Part shown: piece by piece, positions 1 through 26,300 of the stretch
How the letters are laid out: each line of letters starts with the position of its first letter
Position numbering within the stretch: position 1 is the stretch's first letter
NCBI GenBank assembly: GCA_030141605.1
Contig: JAQGDQ010000049.1
Location: forward strand, 310,001 to 374,000
DNA length: 64,000 nucleotides
From: Tubiluchus corallicola
Taxonomy: Eukaryota; Animalia; Priapulida
Direction of reading: 5' to 3'
Translations under genes and position numbers: made by a program
The notes under the pieces: generated by a model
The model's database searches: none
The model's input: only the letters and a program-made list of their open reading frames with translations
Told to the model about the DNA's origin: nothing

Positions 1-588
1 ACAAACACTCACGATACAGATGTTTTTGTGCGCGTATCTCACAACAGGGAACCAACCAATGTAAAAATTATACTAAAACATGTCACAAATTTCCTATTAC
101 AAACTGGTTAAAAACCTGACACTTCACTGTAATTTCTGTACATTTTAGCACAGTGGAAACTGTAAACCAGCTTTCAATGGCAGGGATGGCTATTGTAGGA
201 CTAGAACTTAGCTTATTATTGAGATTAATTCCCTAAGATAAGATACAGGCCTGTCAGAAAAGTCATAGTCACACATGAAAGTGAATAAATTTCTCCTTCA
301 ATGATGTAAACAGCCAAAGCCATAATTTTGAATAATAGTGCCAAGAACAATGGTTGCCGATCCATTCACAGATTAGCCTCAGCCTTGCTTAATTCGAATG
401 CAAATTCACACCGTGTCTACTTGGATACTTGAGACCTAGTGGGCCAAAACGTACAACGATACAATTAGGCAATACACCTGACAAAAATGCTCACTTGTAC
501 AAAAAAGCTATATACAAAAAAACAAAGATAAAGTAAGATACAAAGCTCCCAGTCCGTGATTTAATGATCAGTACTCGTAGCCTCCTAC

Positions 589-1480
589 CTCCACACAGAG
601 ATCCAATCAAGGCTCCAATAAGCATGGAACTAACGACCATCTCTCGCTGAAAGCAGCTGAGATGAAACGTTTCCTGAAGTTGCAAGAGAGCACCCGACAC
701 AATGCCTTTAAAATAAACAGAAACATTAGAAACAGTAACGCTCACTAATAAAACATCAAGCAGAGAGCTAGAAATATGGTGCTTCTGACAAATGACTGAC
801 ATTCTTTTTCCTTCTTGCTACTTGTATCAACAAATGAGTGACTTCAATAACATATTTTTACAAAAACAGATCAGTATCTAGCTCTACAGTACACTGGGAT
901 CACTTGACTGGTTCTGGGGGGACACATATTCTAATCTATTGTAGAGATACAAGATAACTTACTAAAGTTTACGCGTAACTGTTTTCTCTTACCGACATCA
1001 TAACCGAATAGAACTCCACCAAGAGCAGCCATCGTTGATGCCAAAAACACAAAGCCAGACATTGGACTTGGATTGATAGGAGTGGTTTCGTTGGCACCAT
1101 CCGTTTTAACTGCGCCAGCATCCATCTCCATTGAAACCATGTGCGGGCCATTGTTCTGTGAATTGTCTTGCTGGTGCTGGTGTCTTGGTGAAGTGAGCAG
1201 AATTTCTGGGCAAAGAAAATTCAAGACAAAGGATGAAAATATGGTAGTAGACATTAGGCCTACTTTCTGTTTTTTCTAAACTATTTTTAAAGATAAAAAT
1301 GTTTCCAACAGTTTATGCATATAATGACATTTATACAAAAAGCCAAGTATGATACATTGTGTCTTAAAGCGATTGATAATGTTACAAGTTTTAAAAGATG
1401 CAAATGTAATGCTTATCAAATTGCAGATTCCTAAAAAACTAAAAGAAATGGCTGTTACCTCGATCCTCATCACCAGACAT
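589..1480 (-). CDS. Class III facilitated glucose transporter (SLC2A10/SLC2A12-like, MFS sugar porter), 5' coding exons; the gene continues leftwards
   Basis: Exons 1480-1459, 1205-993 and 705-589 have GT/AG boundaries and matching phases. They give [15 protein letters not shown]...[60 protein letters not shown], the sugar-porter TM1-TM2 signature (GGxLFGYD.G..SGA). I could not identify later exons with confidence inside the window. Confidence 0.85.
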
Positions 1481-2259
1481 TCCTATGACTGTTAGTGTAA
1501 TCTTGTAATACAACTAGTCAGGAAACACATTATCCTAGTGTCCGCTGTGACGCAAAAACAAGGCGCTGTCGATCTCTGTCTCCAACTAAAGGAAAATCAA
1601 ATTTGTAAACAAGTAAATATTTTTTAAAACTGTATTGCTGATCATTTCAGTACTAGAAATAATACTCACACCAGAGATCTGTCTTGCAACACAAGCTATG
1701 GTCTTGGTCAAGTTTGGTCAGGGTTGATGGGCCTTGCCTAGTCTTGCGTATACTCATCTTTTTCTCAAAGCCTAGGTCTTGACATTTGCATGCCTTTAGG
1801 CAAAGTGATGCATTTTAAACTTTCAAATGAATAATTTACTTACCTAGTTATTAGTACCACATAGGTCTATAAGTTTACTATATGCTAACGGGTACCTGAT
1901 GGGTATAAGGAAAAGTGTAAACACTCGTATGTGGATTTCAAACAACTTGAAATTAAATAATCATGCAACTAGGATTGAAATGTCAGCAAACAAAGTAACA
2001 GGGTTTGATTAAACGGGTTGTTCTGTGAAGGTCACTTAATGTTATGGCACCATTATACAAAACATTAGTTTGGCCAAGCACAATTATGCTGCAGTCACCT
2101 ATTCATCATTTTAGTTAATCAACTACATCAGATTCAGACACCTTTCCTTTGAACTATAACAGATGGACAAACTAAAAGTGTTTCCCCACTGCATCACAGA
2201 TGCGAAACTGTAGACTTTATACCTTGTACAAAATTTGAACGAGTTGATTGTCTTGAGTA

Positions 2260-2650
2260 AAGATGACTTCTTAGTCCCGACTCATCGTTATTATGATCTA
2301 CGTGAACATTCGATTAATCTGCCACTGCAATTACGCCTGATCAAGTCGCCTGATAATTTTAAAAGCTATTATTATTTTACTAAATTTTCTGTGTTTTTAT
2401 TATTTTTCCTTTTTTGTCATATTCAATTTACTTTTAATCAATCAATGTGCCATGGTCTAAATTATCTTATGTGAAAGAACGAACATGCACTTGACACAGT
2501 TCTTCTTTTGCCACCCTTTCACCACTAATCAATAATTACTTTTGCACTTTGTAATATTATTGTATGTTGTACAGATTTATAAATCACTTAGTTATGTATT
2601 TTGCTATTTTAAAAATGGTGATAAACTAATAAACTTACTTACTTACTTTT
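2260..2650 (+). mobile_element. Degraded LINE (CR1/L2-like) 3' end
   Basis: Remnant peptide THRYYDLR...NLPLQLRLIKSPDNFKS resembles a CR1/L2 ORF2 C-terminus. It ends in AATAAA plus a short (CTTA)n tail at ~2628-2646. Confidence 0.4.
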
Positions 2651-3239
2651 TGCTATTGTGTGATGTGCATAGTACCCAACTCTTTGTACCTTCAAAAGCA
2701 AATCGAGGATTTAATGTCGAAGCAGTATGACCATCTGAGCTATTAAATTTTGAAGGTAAATTTGAACGTGAATTCTCATTGACTGAAGTGGCTGAACTCT
2801 CAACTACCTGAGAGGGAGTGCAGAAAAGCGGCTTAAACCAAATGCATAATTAATAATAATAATAATACTTAAGATATTACTCTTGCAGTATGCCTTGAAG
2901 AATCATTCACCGTTATCACTCTTCACACACAATCGTGATGAACGTAGTCTAGCTTACTTGATGGCAATGCATAGTGAAACGTGCTATAGTCTAAGAGACC
3001 TAACAATAACACGGTTTTTGCATACGGTCTCTCTTCAACAATAATTATTTACGAAATTGAGGCAGATTTGATGCATCAACAGTTTCACTACTAAGTGAAT
3101 TCCAAGCCTCATATACATCGAGATATAATGCAATTATTTATACGTTTATTTGAGAAACAGATGAGATCTTTAGTTTAGATGAAATTAAAAACATACCGAA
3201 AATCACAGAATAAAAACGAAACCTGAAATTTTACGTATT

Positions 3240-3474
3240 TGCTTTTATCTTATAAAGTAATCAACAACGACTACTTGATAGTGATTTCTGCAGCTGCTGG
3301 CAGAGGGCAGGTCGCGCATTGATGGCTGCCTCCTACTAAGAGAGAAAGTGTTGCACATGTATAACGTCATGAAAAGGAACTGTTTTAGAGATATTTTAGG
3401 TGGTGACAGAACAGCATAAGCTAACTCTTAGAGCTGAAGTATCTGGTAGTTTTGACAAGTTCGTGCTTTCTGGT
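3240..3474. promoter_or_regulatory. Probable shared (divergent) promoter region of the SLC2A-like gene and RIOK1, with a candidate RIOK1 non-coding first exon
   Basis: Locally more CpG-rich patch between head-to-head genes. A strong donor TG|GTAAGT lies at 3473, and an acceptor at 4524-4525 precedes the ATG-bearing RIOK1 exon. The transcription start is inferred only. Confidence 0.35.
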
Positions 3475-4569
3475 AAGTGACCACTGACGGTGTACTGTAG
3501 AGAATAACAGATGCATTCTGTATTTTTGTACACAAAATTGTTGTAAATCACTAACTGTGTTATGTGAAATGAATGACTTAATTAGTCGATAGCCGATAAT
3601 TAAATTTAAATAGTCGATAGTTGAATTAATTGAATGGTCAATATGAATTAGATTAAATGAAATATTTGTTTTGCGTACGTGGTAAAGATACAAAATGTGA
3701 TATTTTTACCTCTTAATAATAATTAATAGAAAAATTTATCTTCAAAGAATGGAACTACTTGTTATAACCATAAATAATAGAGTAAATGATTGGAATTATG
3801 GCTTTATTCCAATTTAAAGAGCAGCGCCATTCTAATTACAAGTTAAGGTGCACTGCCTAAAAGAACGCCAAACCAAAGTGTTGTAACAGGTATAGATGTT
3901 AATTAGTTACTCAACATTCTAACACTACTAATCCGAGGATAGCACTAAATGTATTACAAACTCAACAACAAACTTAGCTTACCTATAATAAAAAACTTGC
4001 TTATTTATGATGATTGTTGAAGTGGATCTAGTCTAACCACATGTAAACAGATGACAGTGAGGTTCGTTACAAGTAGCTGTTATTTTACTTATAGCATTTA
4101 TAACTGTTTAACACATGGTAGCTGGATGAGCACGTGAAAAAGAGCATATTTGTGCCACATTATTAATTACGTCAGATGAATAACTATTATTTGTGCGACT
4201 GTGCAAATTCTATGAATTACTGTATTTCATATGATTGTGTCTAACCACAGTTAAATTTCCATAAATAATTATCAATAATAAGGGCAAGTTACACAAAACT
4301 GAGAGTCAGATTTGCCACTTCAGCACCATTACCACAGACATAAGGTGCTACCACATAATGCATATTCAGTATGACTACTCCAGATAGATTTTTTTATGAT
4401 TCTCCAAATAAACGACAATGCCTGATAATCATTTCTGCTATATTTTTGCTATGATATTATACATTATGTAATAGTGTCAAGATTTATGGTTGGAAGTAAT
4501 TATGTAATTTCATTTCTTTTGGTAGATTTGCAACTTTGGTGAAGCCAGTGGGTCAAGTTCTACTGCAAA

Positions 4570-18240
<13,671 letters not shown>

Positions 18241-18667
18241 TCTTTATAAGTTTTCATTCGTTGTCTCAGCTAATGTTTTTTTCTTTTTTGAAGTAGTCAT
18301 GATGAATAGTTTTACCATTTCTGTAAGCTATGTTCTGCCATGTTAAAATTAGTATAAAGTATGTTAAAAATATATATCAAATAATATACTTTGTGAATTA
18401 AAGTATAACAAAAGTGGCTGAAAATCTTCAAGTAAGTCAAACAACTGAATTACAAATTTAGTTTAAAACTGAATTGTTTCTTTTTCTTGTCAGTACAACA
18501 GTGATCTTTTAGTTACAAAATAAAATACAGTGGTTTCCACTTAATTAGGCTGTCTGTAAGCAAAAACAGCAACGAAACAACATGAAAACATACCATATTT
18601 CAAATTTAATCTGCTTTTGAACATGCTGTGCCTATCATCAGTCAAATAAATGTGTACAACATAATTA

Positions 18668-18860
18668 TAGTCAAACTTCTTTATACTGCCTACTTTGTGA
18701 CTGCAAAAAAATTGGCGTCATAGTGACTTTGGCATTATAAGGAGATGCATTAATACATACATGTCTATGCAAATACAGACATTTTGTTTTGCCAAAAATA
18801 CGGACATTAAGCGAGGTTGGCATTATAAAGGGAGGGTGGCATTATAACAAAGTTTGACTG
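18668..18860. mobile_element. pogo/Tigger-type MITE, family copy 1
   Basis: TIR (T/C)AGTCAAACTT ... AAGTTTGACTG with internal GGCATTATAA repeats; homologous to 19453-19610 and 40230-40314. Confidence 0.75.
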
Positions 18861-19452
18861 CATTACGCATGCACAGCACGAAAACTATGCTTACATCAAT
18901 GGAAGCAAACTTGAACTGATAGCATAGGTTGACACAGGTCTTATAGAAAAATTTTAAAAATGAACTCATACTTTTTGAATTTTGCATAAAATCTACAGTC
19001 ATGATGAAGCCATGTACTGTGAAGGTTATTCACAATGCAGGTTAATCCTTGAGACATGAAAACTGTTCCTCCAACAGCACTTTACAAACATAACACAGTA
19101 CTTAGTTTGCAGCTATTTGCAGTTGTGTTGTTTCCATATTAATACAAAAGCTTACACCAGAACTTATAGGTTCAGTTTACTATTCTCCACTTGGGTATCA
19201 TTATTAAATGCTGATGATAGCATGCTTAACGACAGTTTTTTCAAGTTGTGTAATTAGTGTTATTATGAGAATTTTCATATTTCACAACTATTTTCCAGAA
19301 TTGCAAATATGTGGCATTATTATACATATATTTAAAAAACGTACAGACTTGAGTTGATTAAAGCAAGAACAGACAACTGCACTACCGATCCCAATTATGT
19401 GAGACAGAACAAGAAACTGGCAAGTTTCATTTGAAAAAGATAAATTGATGTA

Positions 19453-19610
19453 CAGTTAAACCTCTTTATACCACTCACTTTGGGACTGCAGAAAGTTGGC
19501 GTTAAGTGAGTTTGGCATTATAACAAGTTACGTTAATGCATACATATCTATGCAAATACAGACATTTTATTTTGCCAAAAATGTGGGCATTAATATTATG
19601 AGGTTTGCTG
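19453..19610. mobile_element. pogo/Tigger-type MITE, family copy 2
   Basis: TA|CAGTTAAACCTC ... GAGGTTTGCTG|TA; interior (CTATGCAAATACAGACATTTT..TTTGCCAAAA) is shared with copy 1. Confidence 0.75.
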
Positions 19611-20059
19611 TAATCACATCTAAATTTTATGTACAAGCATAAAAACGAGACGTGGCTATCTATAAACTTTACAATTCTAGAACATAAACAAAATTGATTA
19701 AATCATCATTAAACTTTTACGATGCTTCTGGGTAATACAAGGACTACGACATTTTAACACACTTAAACTTGGACACATACAGTTCCAATATGTCTGTATG
19801 AAAAGACTTACACAACTAACGAAAATTACAAACAATGGTAGTGGTCTAATGGTAAAACTTTTCACAGAAATTATTATTAACTCACTGCTGAACAAAAATT
19901 ATTAGCAATGTCCTTTGACTGTATAACACAAGGGAAGGGATATGTACAGTTGACACAGACTGAGCCAGTGATTTGCATATGGAGCTAACTTGTCTTTTTG
20001 ATAAATTGTGTGACAAAGTTTGCTGGTAGTGAAATTTTCTATCTACAACTATTATACAA

Positions 20060-21661
20060 TCACCGTTCCTGTACAAAAATTGTCTCTTGCGGTAGAAATC
20101 CGGCTTCCTTTAATGTCATATCGAAATCTAAATACGAAATCTTTCGCTTTGGAAAATTTGTGACCAGTTCATACCGTTCATTGGAGTATCCTTGACACGA
20201 CACAAAGTGTACGAGAGCCATTAGTTTGGATGAGCATGGTATGGACAACGGCATTTTCTTGCCTCCAGGAAGTCTGATCATCATTGTAATAAGTGGGTCA
20301 CTATCACTACCAAGGTATTTCTTCCAGTCAATCACTGCATCACCTTTTGCAGATTCTACCTCCTCCTTAGAATCTTTATTTTCTAAAGAAATATCGGAAC
20401 TTTTTAATGCATTCACTGAATCTTTATATACGCCACTAAAGTCATTGGAAATGTTTTTTGACACAGAGCTGCTAGAGGGAAATGGTGTTTCCGCAGACAG
20501 ACTACCATTTCTAGTCATTTTCACTTCATTTGTTCTGGTGACACATGCCAATTCAGATCTTTCGGTATTGCATGAAATAATATCAACAGTTTCTACGCTA
20601 TTAGTGCTCGTACTTGGCGATTTTTCATCAGAATCTGAAAATGTTTCCACATCGGAACTGAGATTTCCAGATGTGTCGAGATCACCGCGACAGGGTGAAG
20701 CGCCTGGGGGTTTTTGCTCTGCAAGAGATGCTGCAATAGCTGCTTTTATTTGTTCATCTTCATTCATATCAACAACATTACTTTCTGCTTTAGAGATAGT
20801 GGCAGAAACCGGAAGTCGTGCATTTTGTGTATGCAATGAATTCAGCTCTCCTTTCTCTGAAAGGAACCCCGTAACAAGATCACAAAACGTGAAAGCGTCG
20901 ACCCTATGCCAAACAGTAAGAAGTTCTCCTGTTCTTGGGTCAAGCAAAGCGATGTACGGATATTCAGTCACAGGGTAAAATTGTGTGTAATGCATTCCAT
21001 CATCACTGTCATGGTACACCTGCCAGAAAATGAAATTGTCATTGATTATTGACTTAACAGCTTTGGCACTCCATACATCCCTGTTTAATACTTGACAAGG
21101 AAATTCATTTGCATCTTGTATGTTAACCATTAGCCACTTGTTGAGTGCCTGTCCGGCTTCGCGAGCTGACTTAAACGTTCCTTTGTGAATGAGATCAAGT
21201 GGTGGTTTAAATAAGTCAGCCAAACGCCTGCGTTTTCTGGCACTAGGTGATGTGCTGTTGTCATTGGACACACCACGACTATGTAACATGGCTTCTTGTT
21301 CCCTTGTTTCTTTGCGGAAATCGCGGAATGCATCGTATCGAAAAGGACTGTCTCTGTGTGGAAGTCTTCGATGGAAGAATGGCGATTCTTCAACCAGCAC
21401 CTCTCTTTTCTTAGGAATGGGTGCCCTTACATATTCACTATCAGTGCTGTCATTTCCAACAGCAGCAGCAGCTGCATCAGCTGTTATGCCAGGTTTCACA
21501 TTACTTTCGGGCTTTTCATTGCCAGATGCTGTGCTGTCAACATGCATGTTGACTGCCATTTCTAAGTTGCCAGCACACGCTTCTAAATAATTTCTTGCAG
21601 TACTTTCGTCTGCTCCGGTCACGGCACTAAAATGCTGCACCTTTTCATCTAATGTATCCAT
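20060..21661 (-). CDS. UBXN7: UBX domain-containing protein 7 (p97/VCP adaptor), single coding exon, 533 aa
   Basis: N-terminal UBA-like domain (FSAVTGADESTARNYLEACAGNLEMAV), VRAPIP motif, UAS domain (LADLFKPPLDL...KWLMVNIQDANEFPCQVLNRDVW...YPYIALLDPRTGE), UIM (EDEQIKAAIAASL) and C-terminal UBX (LVTNFPKR...TLKEAGFLPQETIFVQER). Confidence 0.95.
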   Translation of the reverse strand: MDTLDEKVQHFSAVTGADESTARNYLEACAGNLEMAVNMHVDSTASGNEKPESNVKPGITADAAAAAVGNDSTDSEYVRAPIPKKREVLVEESPFFHRRLPHRDSPFRYDAFRDFRKETREQEAMLHSRGVSNDNSTSPSARKRRRLADLFKPPLDLIHKGTFKSAREAGQALNKWLMVNIQDANEFPCQVLNRDVWSAKAVKSIINDNFIFWQVYHDSDDGMHYTQFYPVTEYPYIALLDPRTGELLTVWHRVDAFTFCDLVTGFLSEKGELNSLHTQNARLPVSATISKAESNVVDMNEDEQIKAAIAASLAEQKPPGASPCRGDLDTSGNLSSDVETFSDSDEKSPSTSTNSVETVDIISCNTERSELACVTRTNEVKMTRNGSLSAETPFPSSSSVSKNISNDFSGVYKDSVNALKSSDISLENKDSKEEVESAKGDAVIDWKKYLGSDSDPLITMMIRLPGGKKMPLSIPCSSKLMALVHFVSCQGYSNERYELVTNFPKRKISYLDFDMTLKEAGFLPQETIFVQER

Positions 21662-22820
21662 TGTGACAGTCGCTGTTTTACCTAGAAAAAAATCTAAAAG
21701 TAATACTTGCTATTAAAATTGCCAAAAACTTAAAGGACAAGAATACTATTTGAAACTTTGTAACACCCGCGTACTGCCATATTCGCACAGAGCATGCATG
21801 CTCAGCAACACAGTATAAAAACTGAAAATTTAAATCCCCGCAATGACCGATAAGTACAGCCATTTTGACGCTAGAGCGCGAATGTCCCACATAGTATGAG
21901 ACTTCGAAGATGGAACTTCAAGATTGTTCATTGTCATTTTATATAGAAGATTTGACAGAGTTTATAAGGTGCTGCAAAGCTGTGAACTTGCAATAATATA
22001 ATACTTGCTATTGCAATAAAATTGTACGTATATTTGCACATTTTCCTCTTTTTTCAAGTGTTTCGCTGCCCACACTGGGATAATGGGATTGAAACTGACA
22101 ATAAAAATGACTCAAGATACATACACACGTATAATTATGTATTTGCCGCACGAGTCATTATCTCAGCAAGGCAGGAAGGCAGCAGCCAAATCAGCCTATA
22201 TTCCAGAACCATCCAGTGCCATTAGGCGATACATCACAGGGAGGAGGCACATAGTACTACAGTTCACAGCAATGCTGTGGCATACGACAAGGTAGTACAT
22301 GGGGAAATCGAGCTGTACGGAGATCCAAACTTTACTAATGCAAGTGAATTAATTGAATTGAATTAATGCTATTGAAGAATGAAATTTAGATTGGATTCAC
22401 GAGAGACAAACCTGCAAACACTACAGTTTTTCTAGTATCCTCAGTTACCGATGCCTAGGCTATATATGTTTTTGCTCAATCATTCAATGTGTATACAGTG
22501 TATTATACCATTATAGTGATTATATGTTAAAAGTGCAAGCACCACAGAAGGTTGTATAGATAACACAGTGTATTGTATAAGTTTGGGTTCCTTTCACATA
22601 AGGCTACCAAAATTAAAGCCAACAACGATACGGATTAAGTGATAATTTATTAACGTAAAAATTTAATAATTAGTCATTAACTCAAACGAATTCAAGCAAA
22701 TTCACTTAATCCGCGTAAAAACGTCAGTGAAAAGATGGTAACCAAACATCCATACGCTAAAAACGCAATTAGTCGTCGTCGTCCAATGAATCACACGTCC
22801 AGTGACACGATTCTGCTCAC

Positions 22821-23357
22821 CTCCCTATGCCAGGACTCCCTGCTCGCCGCAATGCCCCAAGTGGATTTATTTCTAAGGATCAATGCTGAAGTGTTTAAAT
22901 CTTTCTGTGCAAAATCTAAATATGTTAACATTTGTCCTCCTGCAGGTTTTTTAGCTGGTTCTATGGTTTTTTTAGCTAAAAACGCAAAATCCACGTTAAG
23001 CTACCAGCAATACAAGAAACCGTTTCAAAACAAGAAGTTTGCTAGGTTTGAGTACGAAGATGACTTGTATTGCTCCTTGCGTTTTGGCGTGAAAATTCTT
23101 TGTTGTTTAAATGTCTTTCAAACTTTGCCGTGCAAAGCAAATAAGATAATTTACTCGCATTTTGCACACCACTAAATAACGGTTTTAATACTTTCGAGAA
23201 TTTCCGTCACATGCGAAAATTCATTTGAAAAATTGAAACTGAAAGAACTCTAGTTTACTGAGAAGTCTAGATCCTACTAATACTATGGCCGTGTCTATTA
23301 AACAATGATTGAAAGAAGACAATAAATCCACACGCAACACAAAATCACAAGCTTATT
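22821..23357. promoter_or_regulatory. Candidate bidirectional promoter of UBXN7 and CC2D2A, including a putative UBXN7 5'-UTR exon
   Basis: A minus-strand donor GAG|GTGAGC at 22820 could join the acceptor TTTTTTTCTAG at 21682, 20 nt upstream of the UBXN7 ATG. The CC2D2A ATG is at 23358 on the plus strand. The region is CpG-enriched. Confidence 0.4.
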
Positions 23358-26300
23358 ATGGCGACCCCTAGAACGTAAGAAACTTGATTGCATTTGATTA
23401 TTGGTACAGTCTTCTTCATGAAAACCTTGGTCTTAAAGATGTGAATTTATCGATTTAATGCGCCCAGACGACAGGAAAAGGTTCTCCTTTTCTGGTCGAC
23501 CCGAAATAGATGGGCAACATAGAAAAGACTAGTAGATGGTCGACAGAAAAAACGGTCAACCCTTCTTGGGTCTGCCTGCATACCTGTTTGCTTTATTGCT
23601 TTCATTTCTTATACTTAAACAATTAACTTCGTCTCAAATAAGCACATTTTAATAAACTGTTCAGCAAAATTTTATATTAGTTTTGATTCAAATGTCGATT
23701 GAAAATGCCTAAGAATCCATAAAGAAAAAACAGCAATTAGTGAGCAGAGATAGCAAACAACAAAGCAAAAGGTGCACAGATGGTATCCAGTTTACCAGTA
23801 CCAACAAAATATACATGATGTGCAATATTGGCGTATGCTCTAGCAATTATTTTTGCATGTGTGTGTGTGTGTTTAGAGCTTTAAAAGAGCGGCTCGGCAA
23901 GCGTAGGAAAGTTCTTCGAATGTCCAGAACGGCAGACACAACAGTGGACACTAGCACAGAGCAAGATCAAACCAATGTTTCTGAGGTACAAATTTATATT
24001 CAAAATGCTGTGTTACATACTAAAACAGCCACAACGATCATGATTGATCAGTATGAAATTCCGTAGTGACATGGCTATTGTCTGTGACATTTTAAATAAA
24101 TCATGAAGAACCTGACAGTTTTATAGATTGCCTAAACTTTTACGAGTTACAGCATTACTGAGTAACCACTGTTTACTAGTTGAATTCCAAATGAGACTCA
24201 AATTTCAATAACTAGTTTTAAATTTGCCTCTTTATGTCGTTATTGCATTAAAAATTATGCTAAATACTTAAGTCTTATGTTATGTTATATTTTATGTTTT
24301 GGTATGGCGATTTAATAAAGACTCAAAAATGTACCAATATACTGTTTGTCGGTTACTAATAATGGCATAATGATCGTCATAATAATAACGAATTTATTTG
24401 TAGAATGTAGAATATACATTTTAAAGAAAAGTATTCAGTAGAAGTGCTGCATATATACGAAGATTATAAAAATCAAAAGATCTAAAATTTAATTAGTCAC
24501 TTATATTCAAATTTAGAAAAATGCAATGAATGAATAAACAAAATGAGCACTAGCTAATATCAAAGTTGCATTTTGTGCAAAACAGTTCTGTAAATACTAA
24601 GCTAAATCAGTGAGCAAAATGTCTTTGCAATGACAGTTACGCCATTTATTCTTATGTACGTTTTATGTGTAATACCAGCTCAAATAAATATTATATTGAC
24701 GTTTTTTTCAACATATTTTCCATTCTGTCCACGAAAATTACTTAATACAGCTTTTATGCATTATTAAATAGTCATGTTCTTTTGTCTTTTTATGAAGTGA
24801 ATTTATACTTTTTTGTCACCTTTAGATTGCTGAAGAGAATAAGGGAGAAGATGAGACAATGGAACCTGCAGAAACTTTGCTAAAAAGCCTTCAAAGGAGA
24901 AGACGTACTGTTATGCAAAAGGTGATTCTAGTTTTGTGCTTTCTGCTATGCTTAATCCTGCATTCTAGGAAATACTAGTTTTGCCGTCTAGTAAGGTTTA
25001 GACAGCCTAAGGACAACCTCAAGGAAAATTCTTTGAATCTTTGAAAAAAAAGAAAGGCAAAGCTCTTTGACATTGGGTGGCAATTCATTTAGTGTTGTAG
25101 TGTTATGGAGAAAATATTGGTGTTGGCAGAGCTTGAATTCGCTTTTGCAGGAATGGAACAATCTACCCTTACTACCCTTATAGGCTTCTTTGACAGCCTC
25201 AGACAATCTTCCAAATTTAGTGTTTGTAGAGCCTAAATTCACCTTTTCGGGAGGGGAACAATCTACCTTTATAAGTTTCTCCGGCAATCTGTCAAACTCA
25301 GTACATAACAGTAATACATTTGGACAAAGCCTGGAGACCATTACCATTTGGCTCAAAAGGTCATAGGTCATGGCGAATAATATCAAAATGTTATTTGCCT
25401 ATATGAACCTAATGCAATGGCACTAAGTTACTCCATGCTGTTTAGTTTTGAGTTATTATTTCTTGCAGCAAACTGAAATAGCAATTTTTTCTTTTTTGCT
25501 GTTCTAGCTTTCCAGGACCCATTCACCCGAAGCTCAAGATTTGACGGAAGATTTACGACGAGTGGAGGAAAAGCTCAAAGAGCAGCAGCAAGCAGACACA
25601 GTAACACCAGAGAGACCTTCATCAACTGAAAGTCGACCAAGTGGTCGTAAACTACCTCCTTTGAAAGAGGGTAAGGTTGAGTTCTTCTGTAGTTTATCTG
25701 CAGGTGAAACAATAAGAAGTAAAAAAGACAAAAAAGGAAGACTGTTTTTTCCGGAAGTTTTTATTTTTAACATGAAAAGATATCACACTTAAAGTCATAC
25801 TAAACTCTTACTGTAATATAAGTTTTTACAAGTTAAAATTATACTCTCATCGCAAATATTCAATTAATTTTATTATAAAGTTACTGCAAAACTTGTTTCA
25901 TTTTGATTTTTTAATACTTTGTTGGTAGCGGTATTAAATTTGAAGAACCGCCATTTTTTGTTGCTTGAGGCGAATGACATTATGAGTACAGGCACAAGGT
26001 CACCAAAGATCGGTAAACAAGCATCGATAACCAAAGACTCTTTCTGTACCTCGTACATCATTCTCTCTCGCTCGCGCCAAAAGTACGAAACATGGCAAAC
26101 TTTACAGCAATGCACCTTTACAGAAATTCCCCAGAAAAAGGTAAGATATTTAATTTATAAGTCTCTTTTGTTTAATAATAACTATGAATTCTTTGTGTAA
26201 TCATAATAATGCGTTAAAAATGCTTCAATGTCTGTTTGGGTTACGTAGACTTTTTGAAAAGGATGCAAACACATAGAAAACACAGAAACACACAATCACA

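Noticed and set aside
240-477. Possible next SLC2A exon starting at the minus-strand acceptor at 478
   Set aside because: The in-phase translation lacks the expected D(R/K)xGRR loop motif and hits a stop, so it is not supported.
20226-21590. 250-aa and 133-aa plus-strand ORFs
   Set aside because: Antisense shadows of the UBXN7 CDS with no recognisable domain.
22735-23175. 146-aa ORF between UBXN7 and CC2D2A
   Set aside because: No recognisable motif, and it overlaps the inferred promoter/5'-UTR region; probably a chance ORF.
24988-25386. 132-aa minus-strand intronic ORF
   Set aside because: No recognisable domain or splice context. It may be a repeat remnant, but I cannot support a call.
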